DNA of 64,000 nt from Dehalococcoidia bacterium. GTDB lineage: Bacteria; Chloroflexota; Dehalococcoidia; Bin125. Position numbers and translations under genes: made by a program. How positions within the stretch are numbered: position 1 is the first letter of the stretch; every line of letters begins with the position of its first letter. Location: assembly GCA_963663895.2 (NCBI GenBank), contig CAXXRD010000002.1, positions 576,001 through 640,000 on the forward strand. Reading direction: 5' to 3'. The notes under the pieces are model-generated. The model saw only the letters and a list, made by a program, of their open reading frames with translations. It did no database searches and was not told the origin of the DNA. Of this stretch, positions 36,912 to 47,424 are shown one piece after another.

Positions 36912-38348
36912 TCAGGCGGGCTCCTCAACGCCGTCCGGGATGGTCACCTCGGCATGCTCGCCGACCGCCTCCCAGATCAGGGTGCGAATGGCGTCGTACC
37001 GGTCACGGCTCTCGGCCTCGAAACGCACGGAGAGCACGGGATTGGTGTTGGAGGCGCGCACCAGCGCCCAGCCATCGCCGAAGTCGAGGCGCAAGCCCTC
37101 CGCCTCCAGGCCGTCGCACGCCGCGCGCAGCCGCGCGTTCACCGCCGCCGCCACGCGGAACTTGGCCGCGTCGCCGCAGGGCATCATGATCTCGCGCGAG
37201 GTGAAGAGCGGCGGCATGCCGGCTTTCATCTCCTGGAAACGCGCGGAGAGCGGCCGGTCCGCCGCCGCCGCGAGGCGGGCAATGGCGCAGGCCGCGTAGA
37301 CGCCGTCATCGATGCCGTAGTAGTCCTCGCCGAAGATGACGTGGCCGCTGGCCTCGCCGCCAAAGAGGATGCCCTCGGCGGCCATGCGGCGGCGCAGCAG
37401 GGTATAGCCCGTGCGGGTGAGGACCGGCTCGCCGCCCCGGGCGCGGATGGCGCGGATGGCGCCGAGCGAGCACTTGCCGTCCAGCAGGACCCGCGCGCCG
37501 GGGTGACGGTGCAGCAGGTCGCGGGCCAGCAAGGCCACGATCCAGTCGGCCTCGTGGCGGCGACCGCTTTCGTCGACCAGGCCCACGCGGTCGCCGTCGC
37601 CGTCCCAGGCGAAGCCGCAGTCGGCCTCGTGATCAATCACGGTACGGCCGAGGTCGGCCATGGTCTCCGCCGCCTGGGGGTCGGGCAGGTGATTGGGAAA
37701 GCCTTCCAACAGCTCGGTGTAGAGGCCCACGACCTCGCAGCCGGCGCCGCGCAGGGCGGCGGGCCCAGTAAGGGTTGCAACGCCGTTGCCGGGGTCGGCC
37801 ACGACCCGCAGCGGGCGCGCCACGGGGAAGCGCCGCTCCAGCATGGCGACGTACTCGGGCTTGGGGTCGCGCTCGGTCAGCGCCCCCCGGCCGCGCTCGA
37901 AGTCGCCCGACTCCGCCAGCGCGCGCAGATCCTGGATCTCCTCGGGCAGCAGCGCCGCGGCACCCGCCCGCACCAGCTTGAGACCGTTGAAGCGCACCGG
38001 GTTGTGGCTGGCGGTGACGTTGATGGCGCCGTCCAGCGCCCAGGCCGCGGTGGCGAAGCCCGCTACCGGGCTGGGGGTCAGACCCAGCACGGTCACGTCG
38101 ATCCCGGCGGCGCGGACGCCGGCGATGATCGCCTCGTAGAGCGCGGGCGAAGAGGGGCGGCTGTCGCGGCCCACGGCCAAGGCTTTGCCGCCGCGGCGCC
38201 GGATATCGGTCGCGAAGGCTGCGCCGATGCGCTCGGCCACGGCGGGCGTCAGCTCATCCTCGGCCAAGCCGCGGACGTCGTAGGCGCGGAAGATGTGCGG
38301 GTTCATGCGCCGACTCATGCGCGGGGAGAGGTCGTTGCTGGCGGGCAT
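36912..38348 (-). CDS. Phosphomannomutase/phosphoglucomutase (paralog B)
   Basis: IFRAYDVRG, TASHNP, DGDGDR, GEASGH, LVRASNT. Confidence 0.93.
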   Translation of the reverse strand: MPASNDLSPRMSRRMNPHIFRAYDVRGLAEDELTPAVAERIGAAFATDIRRRGGKALAVGRDSRPSSPALYEAIIAGVRAAGIDVTVLGLTPSPVAGFATAAWALDGAINVTASHNPVRFNGLKLVRAGAAALLPEEIQDLRALAESGDFERGRGALTERDPKPEYVAMLERRFPVARPLRVVADPGNGVATLTGPAALRGAGCEVVGLYTELLEGFPNHLPDPQAAETMADLGRTVIDHEADCGFAWDGDGDRVGLVDESGRRHEADWIVALLARDLLHRHPGARVLLDGKCSLGAIRAIRARGGEPVLTRTGYTLLRRRMAAEGILFGGEASGHVIFGEDYYGIDDGVYAACAIARLAAAADRPLSARFQEMKAGMPPLFTSREIMMPCGDAAKFRVAAAVNARLRAACDGLEAEGLRLDFGDGWALVRASNTNPVLSVRFEAESRDRYDAIRTLIWEAVGEHAEVTIPDGVEEPA

Positions 38349-38431
38349 CGACCCTATCGTATCGGGCCGTATCGGGCGCGCGACGGCGCCACAGACCGCT
38401 ACGGCTGCCCCTGCGGATTAAGCGGCACGGA

Positions 38432-39886
38432 TCAAGCCGAAGTTTCCCCTGCGGTATCCCGCGTGAGGGGCGGGACGGCGCCCGCCCACGGCATCGCCTC
38501 TTCGATCGCGGCCGCCGCCCGCAGCGCCGTGTCGTCCTCGCCCAAGCGCGCGACGATCTGGATCGCGGTGGGGAGGCCCTGCGGGTCGAAGCCGGTGGGG
38601 ACCGAGATGCCGGGCTGGTGGGTCATATTGAAGGGCGCGGTGAAGGGCGTCGCACCCCAGAAGGGGATCGCGGGCTTGCCTTCGATCTCCCGCAGCCGCT
38701 GCCCGTGCGGGTAGGCCGGCACGGCCACGGTGGGGGTGAGCAGCAGGTCGTAGTCGGCGAAGAAGCGGCGCATGAGCGCGCGGAAGCGCTCCAGCTCGGC
38801 GTAGGCCCGCACCACTGCGGCGCCGTCGACCTTGCGGCCGTGCTCGACGGTGCGCCGCACGTACTTCGTCAGCATCTCGGGCTCGGCGTCGTAGAGCCCG
38901 CCGTGATTGGCGGCGGCTCCAGCCAGGGCGATGGGCGCGAAGATATCGAAGGGATAGGGGATCTCGGGCGTCGCCTCCTCGACCACGGCGCCCGCTTCCC
39001 GCAGCCGCGCCACCGCGCGCTCGGCGTTGGCGCGCACGGGGTACGCCACCGTGGCGAAGCCGAGGTCGAGACTCCAGGCAATGCGCAGATCGCCGAGGCC
39101 GGTGCGCTCGCAAGCGGCCAGGTAGTCCGGCTGCGGCCCTTGGAAGGAGGTAGGATCGCGCGGGTCCGGGCCGGCCATGACCTGCAGCATGATCGCCGCG
39201 TCGCGCACGGTGCGGGCCAGCGGGCCCTCGCTGGAGAGCTGGGGCATGCCGGGGTCGCGGGGGACCGCCTTGGGGATGCGTCCCTGCGTGGGCTTGATGC
39301 CGACGACGCCGCAGTAGGCGGCCGGAACGCGGATCGAGCCGCCGCCGTCGCTGCCGTGCGCCAGCGGACCCAACCCCGCCGCCACGGCGGCGGCCGCGCC
39401 GCCGCTGCTGCCGCCGGCGATCCGCTCCGGGCTCCAGGGAGTGCCGGCCGGACCGCCCAGATCGTTGTCGGTCACGGTGATGAGACCGAACTCGGGCGTG
39501 TTGGTCTTGCCCAGCAGCACGGCGCCCGCGGCTTCCAGTCGCTCCCAGGGGATGCCGCTCGCCTGGGCGACGTTGTCCGCGAAGGCGCGCGAGCCGTGCG
39601 TGGTGCGCACGCCCGCGACATCGTGCAGGTCCTTGACGGAAACGGGCACCCCCAGCAGCGGCGGGAGTGCGGCCGGATCGCCGCCCCGCCGCGCGTCCGC
39701 ATAGGCCGCGTCGGCGCGCGCCGCCTGCGCGCGGGCGATCTCCGGAGTCACGGTGAGGAAGGCGTTGAGCGTGGGGTTGAGGGCGTCGATGCGCCCCAGC
39801 GTCTCCCCGACCACGTCGCTGGGACGGGCCTCGCCGGAGCGGTAGAGCGCGACGATCTCTTGGGCGGAACGAAAGGCGTATGCCAT
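38432..39886 (-). CDS. Amidase signature family protein
   Basis: GVPVSVKD, GKTNTPEFG, GGSSGG, GSDGGGSIRVPA. Confidence 0.93.
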   Translation of the reverse strand: MAYAFRSAQEIVALYRSGEARPSDVVGETLGRIDALNPTLNAFLTVTPEIARAQAARADAAYADARRGGDPAALPPLLGVPVSVKDLHDVAGVRTTHGSRAFADNVAQASGIPWERLEAAGAVLLGKTNTPEFGLITVTDNDLGGPAGTPWSPERIAGGSSGGAAAAVAAGLGPLAHGSDGGGSIRVPAAYCGVVGIKPTQGRIPKAVPRDPGMPQLSSEGPLARTVRDAAIMLQVMAGPDPRDPTSFQGPQPDYLAACERTGLGDLRIAWSLDLGFATVAYPVRANAERAVARLREAGAVVEEATPEIPYPFDIFAPIALAGAAANHGGLYDAEPEMLTKYVRRTVEHGRKVDGAAVVRAYAELERFRALMRRFFADYDLLLTPTVAVPAYPHGQRLREIEGKPAIPFWGATPFTAPFNMTHQPGISVPTGFDPQGLPTAIQIVARLGEDDTALRAAAAIEEAMPWAGAVPPLTRDTAGETSA

Positions 39887-39896
39887 GGGATGCCTC

Positions 39897-42023
39897 TCAG
39901 GTGCTTGTCGGTTGATCTCTATGGGCCAGGAAGCGTCGATCCGGGGCGACGGGGGCGCGCAGCAGCTCGTTCAGCTCGCCGGGCGTGGTCACGGGGGCGC
40001 TGCAGCTAAAGCCCCGGCAGACGTAGGCCGCGGGAGCGCCGCCGACCAGCTCCTTGCCCGCGAGCTGCGGCACCTGGGTGGCCGCGGGGGCGCCGTCCGC
40101 GTCCAGGGCGCGCTGCGCGAGGACGGCGGTGGGGTGATAGTCGCGGCGCACTACGTCGCCCAGGGCGCGCGCCGCCGGCGCAGCCGGGTCGCCGACGAGG
40201 ACGACGGTCTGGTGACGCCGGATCCAGTCCAGGCTGGTGACGAGCAGCGGCACGGCCGTGGGCGCACGCTCGAGCAGGAGCGCGTGCGCGCGGGCGGTCG
40301 CCTCGAAGCGGTCGGCGAAGAGGCCCTCGCCCGTGAGCGCGTAGAGCCGCGCCAGCACCTTGGCGGCGTGGGAGTTGCCGGACGGGGTGGCGCCGTCGTG
40401 GGCGGGCTTGAAGCGGGTGATGAGCGCCTCGTTGTCGCGGCCGGTCGTGAAGAAGCCGCCGTTCTCCTCGTCCCAGAACTTGGCCAGCATCTCCTCTGCC
40501 AGTGCGCGCGCCTCCAGGAACCAGCGCTCGTCGCCGCCGGTCTCGTAGAGCGTCAGCAGCCCGTCCGCGAGGCCGGCGTAGTCCTCCAGGAAGGCCGGGA
40601 TGGAGGCGCGCCCGCGCGCGTAGATGCGGGAGAGGCCATCGACGCCGCGGAGCGTCTCCATGAGAAAGGTCGCGGCGGCGGCGGCGGCTTCGGTGAAGCG
40701 GGGTTCCCCCAGGACGGCGCCGCCCTGCGCCAGCGCGTCGATGACCATGCCGTTCCAGGAAGCGATCACCTTGGTGTCGGTGGCGGGCGGGACCCGTCCC
40801 GCCCGCTCGGCCAGCAGGGCCGCGCGCCCGCGCTCGATAATGGCGGCGGCTTCCCCCTCGTCTTTCTGATACCACTTGGCGACCGCCTCCACGCTCATGG
40901 TGGGGTGCAGGATGCTCTTGCCCTCGAAGCTGCCGTGCGGCGAGATGCCGTAGTAGCGGTCGAAGAGATCGGCCTCCTCGGCGCCCAGGAGCCGGGCGGT
41001 CTCGTCCGGGGTCCAGACGAAGTACTTGCCCTCCTCGCCCTCGGAGTCGGCGTCCGTGCTGGAGTAGAAAACGCCCTCGGGGGATCGCATCTCCCGCAGC
41101 AGGTAGTCGAGGGTCTCGCGGACGATGCGCGCGTGAAAAGCGTCGTGGCTCAGGCGCCAGGCGTCGAGGTAGAGCGGGACCAGCAGGGCGTTGTCGTAGA
41201 GCATCTTCTCAAAGTGGGGAACGAGCCACTGGCCGTCGACCGAGTAGCGGTGAAAGCCGCCGCCGAGCTGGTCGTACATGCCGCCCTCGGCCATCTTGCG
41301 CAGCGTGAAGAGCGCCTGGTCGCCGGCGCGCCGGTCGTCGTTGGCGGCGGCATGCTGCAAGAGCAGGCGCAAGAGGTAGGGCTGCGGGAACTTGGGCGGG
41401 CCGCCGAATCCGCCCCAGCGTGCGTCGAAGGTATCCATCACGGCGCGCGCACCGGAGGCCAGGACGGCAGCGGCGTCGGGCGTCTGGGCCGCCGGCTGCA
41501 TGCTGGCGGGGGCGTGCAGGTGCTGCACCAGCTCCTCGGCCTGCTTATCGACATCGGAGCGGCGCTCGCGGAAGCCCTGAGCCACGGCCTCAAGCACCTC
41601 CGGCCAGGAGGGCATGCCCATGCGGCGCTCGGGCGGAAAGTAGGTCCCGCCGAAGAAGGGGCGTCCGTCCGGGAGGCAGAAGACGTTGAGCGGCCAGCCG
41701 CCCTGGCCGCGCAGGAGCTGCACCGCCTGCATGTAGATCTCATCAACGTCCGGCCGCTCCTCGCGGTCGACCTTGATGCTGATCGCGAGCTCGTTCTGGC
41801 GCGCGGCGATCGCCTCGTCCTCGAACGACTCACGCTCCATCACATGGCACCAGTGGCAGGCGGCGTAGCCGATGCTGACGAGGACCATCTTGTTCTCACG
41901 GCGCGCGCGCTCCCAGGCCTCATCGCCCCAGGGATACCAGTCGACGGGGTTGTGCGCGTGCTGGAGCAGGTAGGGGCTGCTCTCGCCCGCCAAACGGTTG
42001 CTGTGCTTGGGCTCGCCGGACAT
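39897..42023 (-). CDS. Thioredoxin-domain protein, YyaL/SSP411 family
   Basis: [40 protein letters not shown]. Confidence 0.95.
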   Translation of the reverse strand: MSGEPKHSNRLAGESSPYLLQHAHNPVDWYPWGDEAWERARRENKMVLVSIGYAACHWCHVMERESFEDEAIAARQNELAISIKVDREERPDVDEIYMQAVQLLRGQGGWPLNVFCLPDGRPFFGGTYFPPERRMGMPSWPEVLEAVAQGFRERRSDVDKQAEELVQHLHAPASMQPAAQTPDAAAVLASGARAVMDTFDARWGGFGGPPKFPQPYLLRLLLQHAAANDDRRAGDQALFTLRKMAEGGMYDQLGGGFHRYSVDGQWLVPHFEKMLYDNALLVPLYLDAWRLSHDAFHARIVRETLDYLLREMRSPEGVFYSSTDADSEGEEGKYFVWTPDETARLLGAEEADLFDRYYGISPHGSFEGKSILHPTMSVEAVAKWYQKDEGEAAAIIERGRAALLAERAGRVPPATDTKVIASWNGMVIDALAQGGAVLGEPRFTEAAAAAATFLMETLRGVDGLSRIYARGRASIPAFLEDYAGLADGLLTLYETGGDERWFLEARALAEEMLAKFWDEENGGFFTTGRDNEALITRFKPAHDGATPSGNSHAAKVLARLYALTGEGLFADRFEATARAHALLLERAPTAVPLLVTSLDWIRRHQTVVLVGDPAAPAARALGDVVRRDYHPTAVLAQRALDADGAPAATQVPQLAGKELVGGAPAAYVCRGFSCSAPVTTPGELNELLRAPVAPDRRFLAHRDQPTST

Positions 42024-42076
42024 GAGAGCCGCCGGCTAGCGGCAGGCGCCCGGGCGGCCCGCCGGGATCACCGGGA

Positions 42077-42508
42077 CTAGGGCCGCCAAGGGATGAGTTC
42101 GGTGAGGATGCCGTTGACATCCTTGGGATAGAAAAAGGCGGCGGGCTGGCGCGCGGGATCGTGGCTGGGACCGAGGTCGATCTGGCCGACGCCGGCCGCG
42201 CGCAGCCGCTTGATCTCGCCCTCCATGTCGCGCACGCCGTAGCAGATGTGGTGCAGGCCCGGCCCGCTCTTGGCCAGATACCTGGCGACGCCGCTGATGT
42301 CGTCTTGGGGGATCAGCACCTCGACCCGCGTCTCGGCCGCGGCCACGCGCAGGAAGTAGATGCGCGTGTTCTGCGGCTTAAAGAGGTTGCCGTCCGGCAG
42401 CTTGGTGCGGCTCTCGTCGACCGTCAGCCCCAGCCTGTCGACGAACACCTCGCGGGCCTCGTCGAACGAGTGGGCCACAATGCCGATGTGGTCGATCTTG
42501 TCCAGCAT
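42077..42508 (-). CDS. VOC family protein, methylmalonyl-CoA epimerase-like
   Basis: IDHIGI, GPGLHHICY, F.PKDVNGILTEL. Confidence 0.85.
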   Translation of the reverse strand: MLDKIDHIGIVAHSFDEAREVFVDRLGLTVDESRTKLPDGNLFKPQNTRIYFLRVAAAETRVEVLIPQDDISGVARYLAKSGPGLHHICYGVRDMEGEIKRLRAAGVGQIDLGPSHDPARQPAAFFYPKDVNGILTELIPWRP

Positions 42509-42588
42509 GGCTCTCCTTTCGTCATGGGCCCCGCGCCCCGGAGCCGCGCGTCCGTCCTGCAGGGCGCCGCCGGAGCATAGCCGGTTCG

Positions 42589-43617
42589 CTAGAGCGCGTC
42601 GCCGAAGATCTCGATCAGGCGGCGCGTCTCCTTGACTTTATCGGCGCCGGTCAGCGCCACGGTCGTGCTCCAGAGGAAGAACGAGTCGACCAGCCCATCG
42701 AACTCGGCGACCCGCTCCAGGCACTCCTCGGGGCTGCCGCGGATGAGGAACGTGTCGGCCATGTCGTCGCTCACGGCGGCGACCACGCCCTCGAAATCAT
42801 TGGCCGCGATCGCCTCGCGGGCCGCCGTCACCTCCTCCTCGAAACCGTGCTGGATGAGCAGCTCCTGGTGGTAGTCGATGCCCATGAAGATGGCAGCGGC
42901 CGCGTAGCGCCACCAGCGCACGGCCTCCTCGGCACGTTCCTTGTCGTCGGTGAAGACGATGGGCCGGCCGGCATCGAGCCAGAGGTCGTCGAGGGTCCGG
43001 CCGGACTTGGCCGCGCCCTCGGCGATGGCGGGGCGTGCGACGCCGCGCAGGAAGTCCAGCGTGAAGTTCCAGTTGAAGAGCACGCCGTCGGCGATCTCGC
43101 CCGCCGTGCGCAGCATGCCGGGACGGCTCGCCCCGATCATGATGGGGAGGTGGGGCCGTGGCGGCGGCTCGAACATGCGGTAGCCGCGCACCTGGTAGAA
43201 CTCTCCCTCGTAGTCAACGGGGGTGTTTTGATCGGAGGCCCACAACAGCCGCAGCAGCTCCACGTACTCGCGCATGCGGGAGTCTGGGCGCTGCGGATCG
43301 ATGCCGTGGAAGTCGCGGTTCCAGACCCCCGGCATGCTGCCGAGGCCGAGGACGAGGCGGCCCTTGCTGATCAGATCGACATCGCGGCAGGCGCGCGCCA
43401 TGTTGACCGGCGTCCGGGTCCACGTCGCGACGTTGCTGACGAGCTGGATCCGGTCGGTGACGACGGCCATCGCCGCCAGGTAAGTGAGGCTGTCGCGGAT
43501 GAACTCCGGCACGGAGGTCGACTGAAAGCCGGCGTCTTCCGCCTCCTTGGCGAGAGCGAGAGCGTCGTCGTAGGGCAGGTCGGCGAGGTTGATATTGAGG
43601 GCGGGCAGCTTGGACAT
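42589..43617 (-). CDS. LLM-class (luciferase-like, probably F420-dependent) oxidoreductase
   Basis: AEDAGF, SKGRLVLGLG, MREYVE, AGEIADGV. Confidence 0.9.
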   Translation of the reverse strand: MSKLPALNINLADLPYDDALALAKEAEDAGFQSTSVPEFIRDSLTYLAAMAVVTDRIQLVSNVATWTRTPVNMARACRDVDLISKGRLVLGLGSMPGVWNRDFHGIDPQRPDSRMREYVELLRLLWASDQNTPVDYEGEFYQVRGYRMFEPPPRPHLPIMIGASRPGMLRTAGEIADGVLFNWNFTLDFLRGVARPAIAEGAAKSGRTLDDLWLDAGRPIVFTDDKERAEEAVRWWRYAAAAIFMGIDYHQELLIQHGFEEEVTAAREAIAANDFEGVVAAVSDDMADTFLIRGSPEECLERVAEFDGLVDSFFLWSTTVALTGADKVKETRRLIEIFGDAL

Positions 43618-43636
43618 CTCGTTCCTCCTGTGTGCT

Positions 43637-44020
43637 TCAAGGCGGCGGCAGTCGTTGATCGGACGGCGCGGCGCGCGCCGGCGGGAGCAGGAAAGCGGCC
43701 AGGACGCCGATCAGATTGAGCCCCAGCCCCAGCGCGGCGCCGAGCCAGCGTGAGCGGCCCTTGCCGCCCGCGATCCACACGCTTGCGATGATGCTGCCGA
43801 TCCAAACAAGAATCAGCAAGATGGAGAAGGTGGTCGGGATCACGGCAGCGAATAGGGCGCTGATGAGTAGGCCGAGGGTGAGCACGAGCCCGATCGCGCC
43901 ACCGGTCGACCACGACCCGCCGTTCATATTGGCGACGGTCGCGCCGGCGGCGATGCCAACGAACAGGACGAGCAAAACGACGAATGAGGGGACGGAGGCG
44001 GACTCTTCCACGCCGTCCAT
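43637..44020 (-). CDS. Membrane protein
   Basis: Several TM helices; KGRSRWLGAALGLGLNLIGVL..LLP. Confidence 0.7.
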   Translation of the reverse strand: MDGVEESASVPSFVVLLVLFVGIAAGATVANMNGGSWSTGGAIGLVLTLGLLISALFAAVIPTTFSILLILVWIGSIIASVWIAGGKGRSRWLGAALGLGLNLIGVLAAFLLPPARAAPSDQRLPPP

Positions 44021-44143
44021 TGCGAGCCCCTTCGCGCCGAGCCTACCCGCGCCGGACAAGCGTTGCGCACGCCCGCGGCGCCTCTCTCCGGCAGGCAAGA
44101 GCAGGGTACACGCGCGGCGCCGGCGATGGAGCCCGTCCGCGCG

Positions 44144-44677
44144 TTAAGGGACTCCCCGCGGAGACGACGCCACGGGGGTTCCGCACTGGGAGCAGAAGTG
44201 GTCCATGGAGTGCAGACCGGCTCCACAGGATCGACACTTGCCCACTTCCATATCGAGGCGGGGGAGGGCGACGCGCGACGGGAGTGACAGCCGGAGCAGC
44301 AGCAGCATGCTTCGATCCGCCGGAAGTAAGGCGACGATCAGAACGCCGACTAAATTGAGCCCCAGCCCCAGTACGACGCCGAACCACTGCGAGCGGCCCT
44401 GCCAGCGAGCGAGGATGCCGGCGGCGGCGACGCTGCCCACCCAAACGATGAAGAAGGCGACGATGAGCGGGATGGCGATGACGGACGGGAGCTCGAACGC
44501 CACCAAGAGAACGCCGACGACGCCGACGAGGAAGCCGAAGCTGAGCGTGAACCCCAGCGCGGCGCCGTAGGACCGTGGTCGGCCCTGCCGCGGCGCGAGG
44601 ATGACGCCCGCGAAGCTGCTGCCGATCAGAGCGACCGCAGCGCTGATATAGAGAGCCCGGATCGTGATCTCATCCAT
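44144..44677 (-). CDS. Membrane protein with C-terminal zinc ribbon (paralog of 43637-44020)
   Basis: QGRSQWFGVVLGLGLNLVGVL..LLP; CRSCG...FCSQCG. Confidence 0.75.
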   Translation of the reverse strand: MDEITIRALYISAAVALIGSSFAGVILAPRQGRPRSYGAALGFTLSFGFLVGVVGVLLVAFELPSVIAIPLIVAFFIVWVGSVAAAGILARWQGRSQWFGVVLGLGLNLVGVLIVALLPADRSMLLLLRLSLPSRVALPRLDMEVGKCRSCGAGLHSMDHFCSQCGTPVASSPRGVP

Positions 44678-44861
44678 CCCGAACCCCTCCGCGTCGTCGC
44701 GCACGGATTCGTCAGCAGTGACTCTAGCGCGGTGGGAACGATATGTAATATGCGGGCCGGGTACATGCGGCGCGACTAGACTTCGCCGATGCGACTGATC
44801 GGCTCCGCGGGAACGGCGCGCGCGACGGCGCCTGCCCCGCCAGCCTGCGAGGGAGGCGCTC

Positions 44862-45647
44862 GTGAACTCGCGTTTCGAGGGACGCTTCGAGGGAAAGGTG
44901 GCGCTGATCACGGGCGCCGGAGGCGGGATCGGCCGCGCGGCGGCGGAGCGGTTCGCGGCGGAGGGCGCGCGGGTCGTGCTGGTCGACGTGGCGGCGCCAG
45001 CGCTGGAGGAGCAGGTCGCGGCGATCGAGGCGGCGGGCGGGCGCGCTCACGGTGTGACGGCGGATGTCAGCATGGCCTCGGAGGTGCGGCGCTACGTGGC
45101 GGAGGCGCGGGAGCACTTCGGCGGGATCGACTACTTCTTCAACAACGCGGCGATCGAGGGGCTGATCGCGCCGATGGTCGACTACCCCGAGGAGATCTGG
45201 TCGCGCGTCTTCGACGTCAACGTGAAGGGCGTCTGGCTGGGACTGAAGCACGTGGCGCCGGCGATGCGCGAGCGGGGCGGCGGCGCGATCGTGATCACGT
45301 CCTCGACCTCGGGGCTGCGCGGCGAGGCCAACAACTCCGCCTACAACGCCAGCAAGCACGCGGTGCTGGGCATCACGCGGACGGCGGCGCAAGAGTTCGC
45401 ACCCTGGTCGATCCGGGTGAACGCGATCTGTCCCGGGCCGGTGGAGACGGGGATGCTGCACCGGATCGAGACCATGATCAATCCCGCGCACCCAGAGCAG
45501 GCGCAGGCGGAGTTCGAGCAATGGCCGCTGCTGAAGCGCTACGGCCGACCGGCCGAGATCGCGGCGATGGCGGCCTTCCTCTGCAGCGACGACGCATCGT
45601 ACGTGACGGGCGGCATCTACGTGGTCGACGGGGGGACGGTGGCGTAA
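44862..45647 (+). CDS. Short-chain dehydrogenase/reductase
   Basis: TGAGGGIG, NNAA, YNASK, VNAICPG. Confidence 0.93.
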   Translation: MNSRFEGRFEGKVALITGAGGGIGRAAAERFAAEGARVVLVDVAAPALEEQVAAIEAAGGRAHGVTADVSMASEVRRYVAEAREHFGGIDYFFNNAAIEGLIAPMVDYPEEIWSRVFDVNVKGVWLGLKHVAPAMRERGGGAIVITSSTSGLRGEANNSAYNASKHAVLGITRTAAQEFAPWSIRVNAICPGPVETGMLHRIETMINPAHPEQAQAEFEQWPLLKRYGRPAEIAAMAAFLCSDDASYVTGGIYVVDGGTVA

Positions 45648-45663
45648 AGAGCGGCGGGGGCGG

Positions 45664-46356
45664 CTAGCGAGCGTCGGCGCCGTCCCCCGATTCGGCCGCC
45701 GCCTCCTCGCGATCCCGCTTGCAGCGCGCCACGAGCGCGCGAAACTTGGGGCCCTGCTCGTCATCGCGGCGGAGGTTGGCGAGGTCGTTGTCGATCTCGG
45801 CGAAGCCGAAGGCACCGAAGTCGATCGCGAAAGCCCGCTCGAGATCGGCCAGAGCCTCGGCCGGCCGCTCAAGCTGCGAGAGGGCGCAGGCTCGGTCGTA
45901 GAGGGTGGCGGCGTGGTCCGGACGGAGCGCCAGGGCCGCGTCGGTGGCGGCGAGGGCGTCGTCGTAGCGGCCGAGGATCAGCAGGAGGCTGGCGTAGGTG
46001 CTGCGGTTCTCGGGGTCGTCCGGCTCCAGCTTCAGCGCTCTGTCCATCGAGCGCAGCGCGGCCAGACCACGGTTGAGGCCGGCTAAGGCGATCGCGCGCC
46101 GCCCCAGCGTCGCCGCGTCGTCGGCCTCAAGCTCCAGTGCCCGGTCGTAGGCAGCGAGGGCATCTTCATAGCGCTGCAGCGCGGCCAGCGCGGCGCCGCG
46201 CTGCGCGTGGGACTTGGCGTGATCGGGATCGAGCGCGATGGCCCGGTCGAAGGCTTCGATCGCGTGCTCGTGCCGCCCGTCCTTGGCAAGCTCCACGCCC
46301 CAGCCGTGGTGCGTGTTGGGGTCATCGACATCGAGCCGGACACGTTTGGGGGCCAA
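45664..46356 (-). CDS. Tetratricopeptide repeat protein
   Basis: About five A...FDRAI.L.PD repeats; terminal YDRAC...DNDLANLR. Confidence 0.88.
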   Translation of the reverse strand: MAPKRVRLDVDDPNTHHGWGVELAKDGRHEHAIEAFDRAIALDPDHAKSHAQRGAALAALQRYEDALAAYDRALELEADDAATLGRRAIALAGLNRGLAALRSMDRALKLEPDDPENRSTYASLLLILGRYDDALAATDAALALRPDHAATLYDRACALSQLERPAEALADLERAFAIDFGAFGFAEIDNDLANLRRDDEQGPKFRALVARCKRDREEAAAESGDGADAR

Positions 46357-46475
46357 GACCGCACCACCGCTTCCATGCGCCGTTCACGGCAGCTCCAATA
46401 TAAAACCGCGCCATCGGTAATGCAGGATAATGCGCGGCACGATCGCGGCGGGGCGCGTCTGGTTAGGATCGGGCC

Positions 46476-47381
46476 ATGGCACTGGATCTCACCGGGGTGA
46501 TGGTGGCGACGGTGACGCCATTCACGCGCGGCGGCGCGGCGGTCGACCATGACTGGATCCCTCCGCACCTGCGCTTCCTCGAGCAGGCCGGCATCAGCTC
46601 GGTGTTCACGCTGGGAACGAACGGCGAGGGCCCGTCGGTTGGCGTGGCGGAGCGGCGGCAGGTCGTGGAGACGGTGGTCGCGCATCAGGGCGGACTGGGC
46701 GTCGTGGCGGGCGCCGGAACGGCCGCGCTGCCCGATACGATCCGGGCCGCCAACGACGCCCTGGAGGCGGGGGCGGACGCCGTGGCGATCCTGCCGCCGT
46801 TCTTCGAGGCGCAGGTGGACGCGGCCGGGCTGCTGGGATACTTCGACGCCGTGCTGGAGGCGCTCCCAGCGCCGGGGCGCGTCCTGCTCTACAACATTCC
46901 CCACAAGGCGCAGGTCGACATCCCGGACGATGTCGTGTTGGCGCTGCTCGATCTCCACGGCGAGCGGGTGATCGGGATCAAGGATTCGAGCGGGGTCGTG
47001 GAGCGCACGAGCCGCTATCTTGCGATCGCGGAGCGCTTTCCCACGTTCACGGTGCTGGCGGGCGCCGACGCGCATCACGATCGGCTGTATGCGGCCGGCT
47101 GCAGGGGCGCGGTGACGGGGCTGGGCAACGCGGTGCCGCACCTCGTGCTTGGAATCCAGGCGGCGCACCGGAGCGGCCGCGATGCCGGGCGCGTGCAGCG
47201 GGAGCTGGAGCGACTGCGGGCGCTGCTCGCGCCCTACCCGTCGCTCGCGGCGTTGAAGCAGCTGATCGGGATCACCGCACGGCTTCCCGTCACGTGCGTG
47301 CGACCGCCGCACCGGGACTTGACGGCCGATGAGCAACGGGAGTTCGAAGCGGCGGTCGTCGCCTATCTACGCGGAGAGTGA
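46476..47381 (+). CDS. Dihydrodipicolinate synthase family lyase
   Basis: VTPF, GTNGE, LLYNIP, IGIKDSSG. Confidence 0.9.
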   Translation: MALDLTGVMVATVTPFTRGGAAVDHDWIPPHLRFLEQAGISSVFTLGTNGEGPSVGVAERRQVVETVVAHQGGLGVVAGAGTAALPDTIRAANDALEAGADAVAILPPFFEAQVDAAGLLGYFDAVLEALPAPGRVLLYNIPHKAQVDIPDDVVLALLDLHGERVIGIKDSSGVVERTSRYLAIAERFPTFTVLAGADAHHDRLYAAGCRGAVTGLGNAVPHLVLGIQAAHRSGRDAGRVQRELERLRALLAPYPSLAALKQLIGITARLPVTCVRPPHRDLTADEQREFEAAVVAYLRGE

Positions 47382-47424
47382 CAAGTATACTGTCAGCCGG
47401 TCAGCGCAGCCGAGGACGTAGGCC

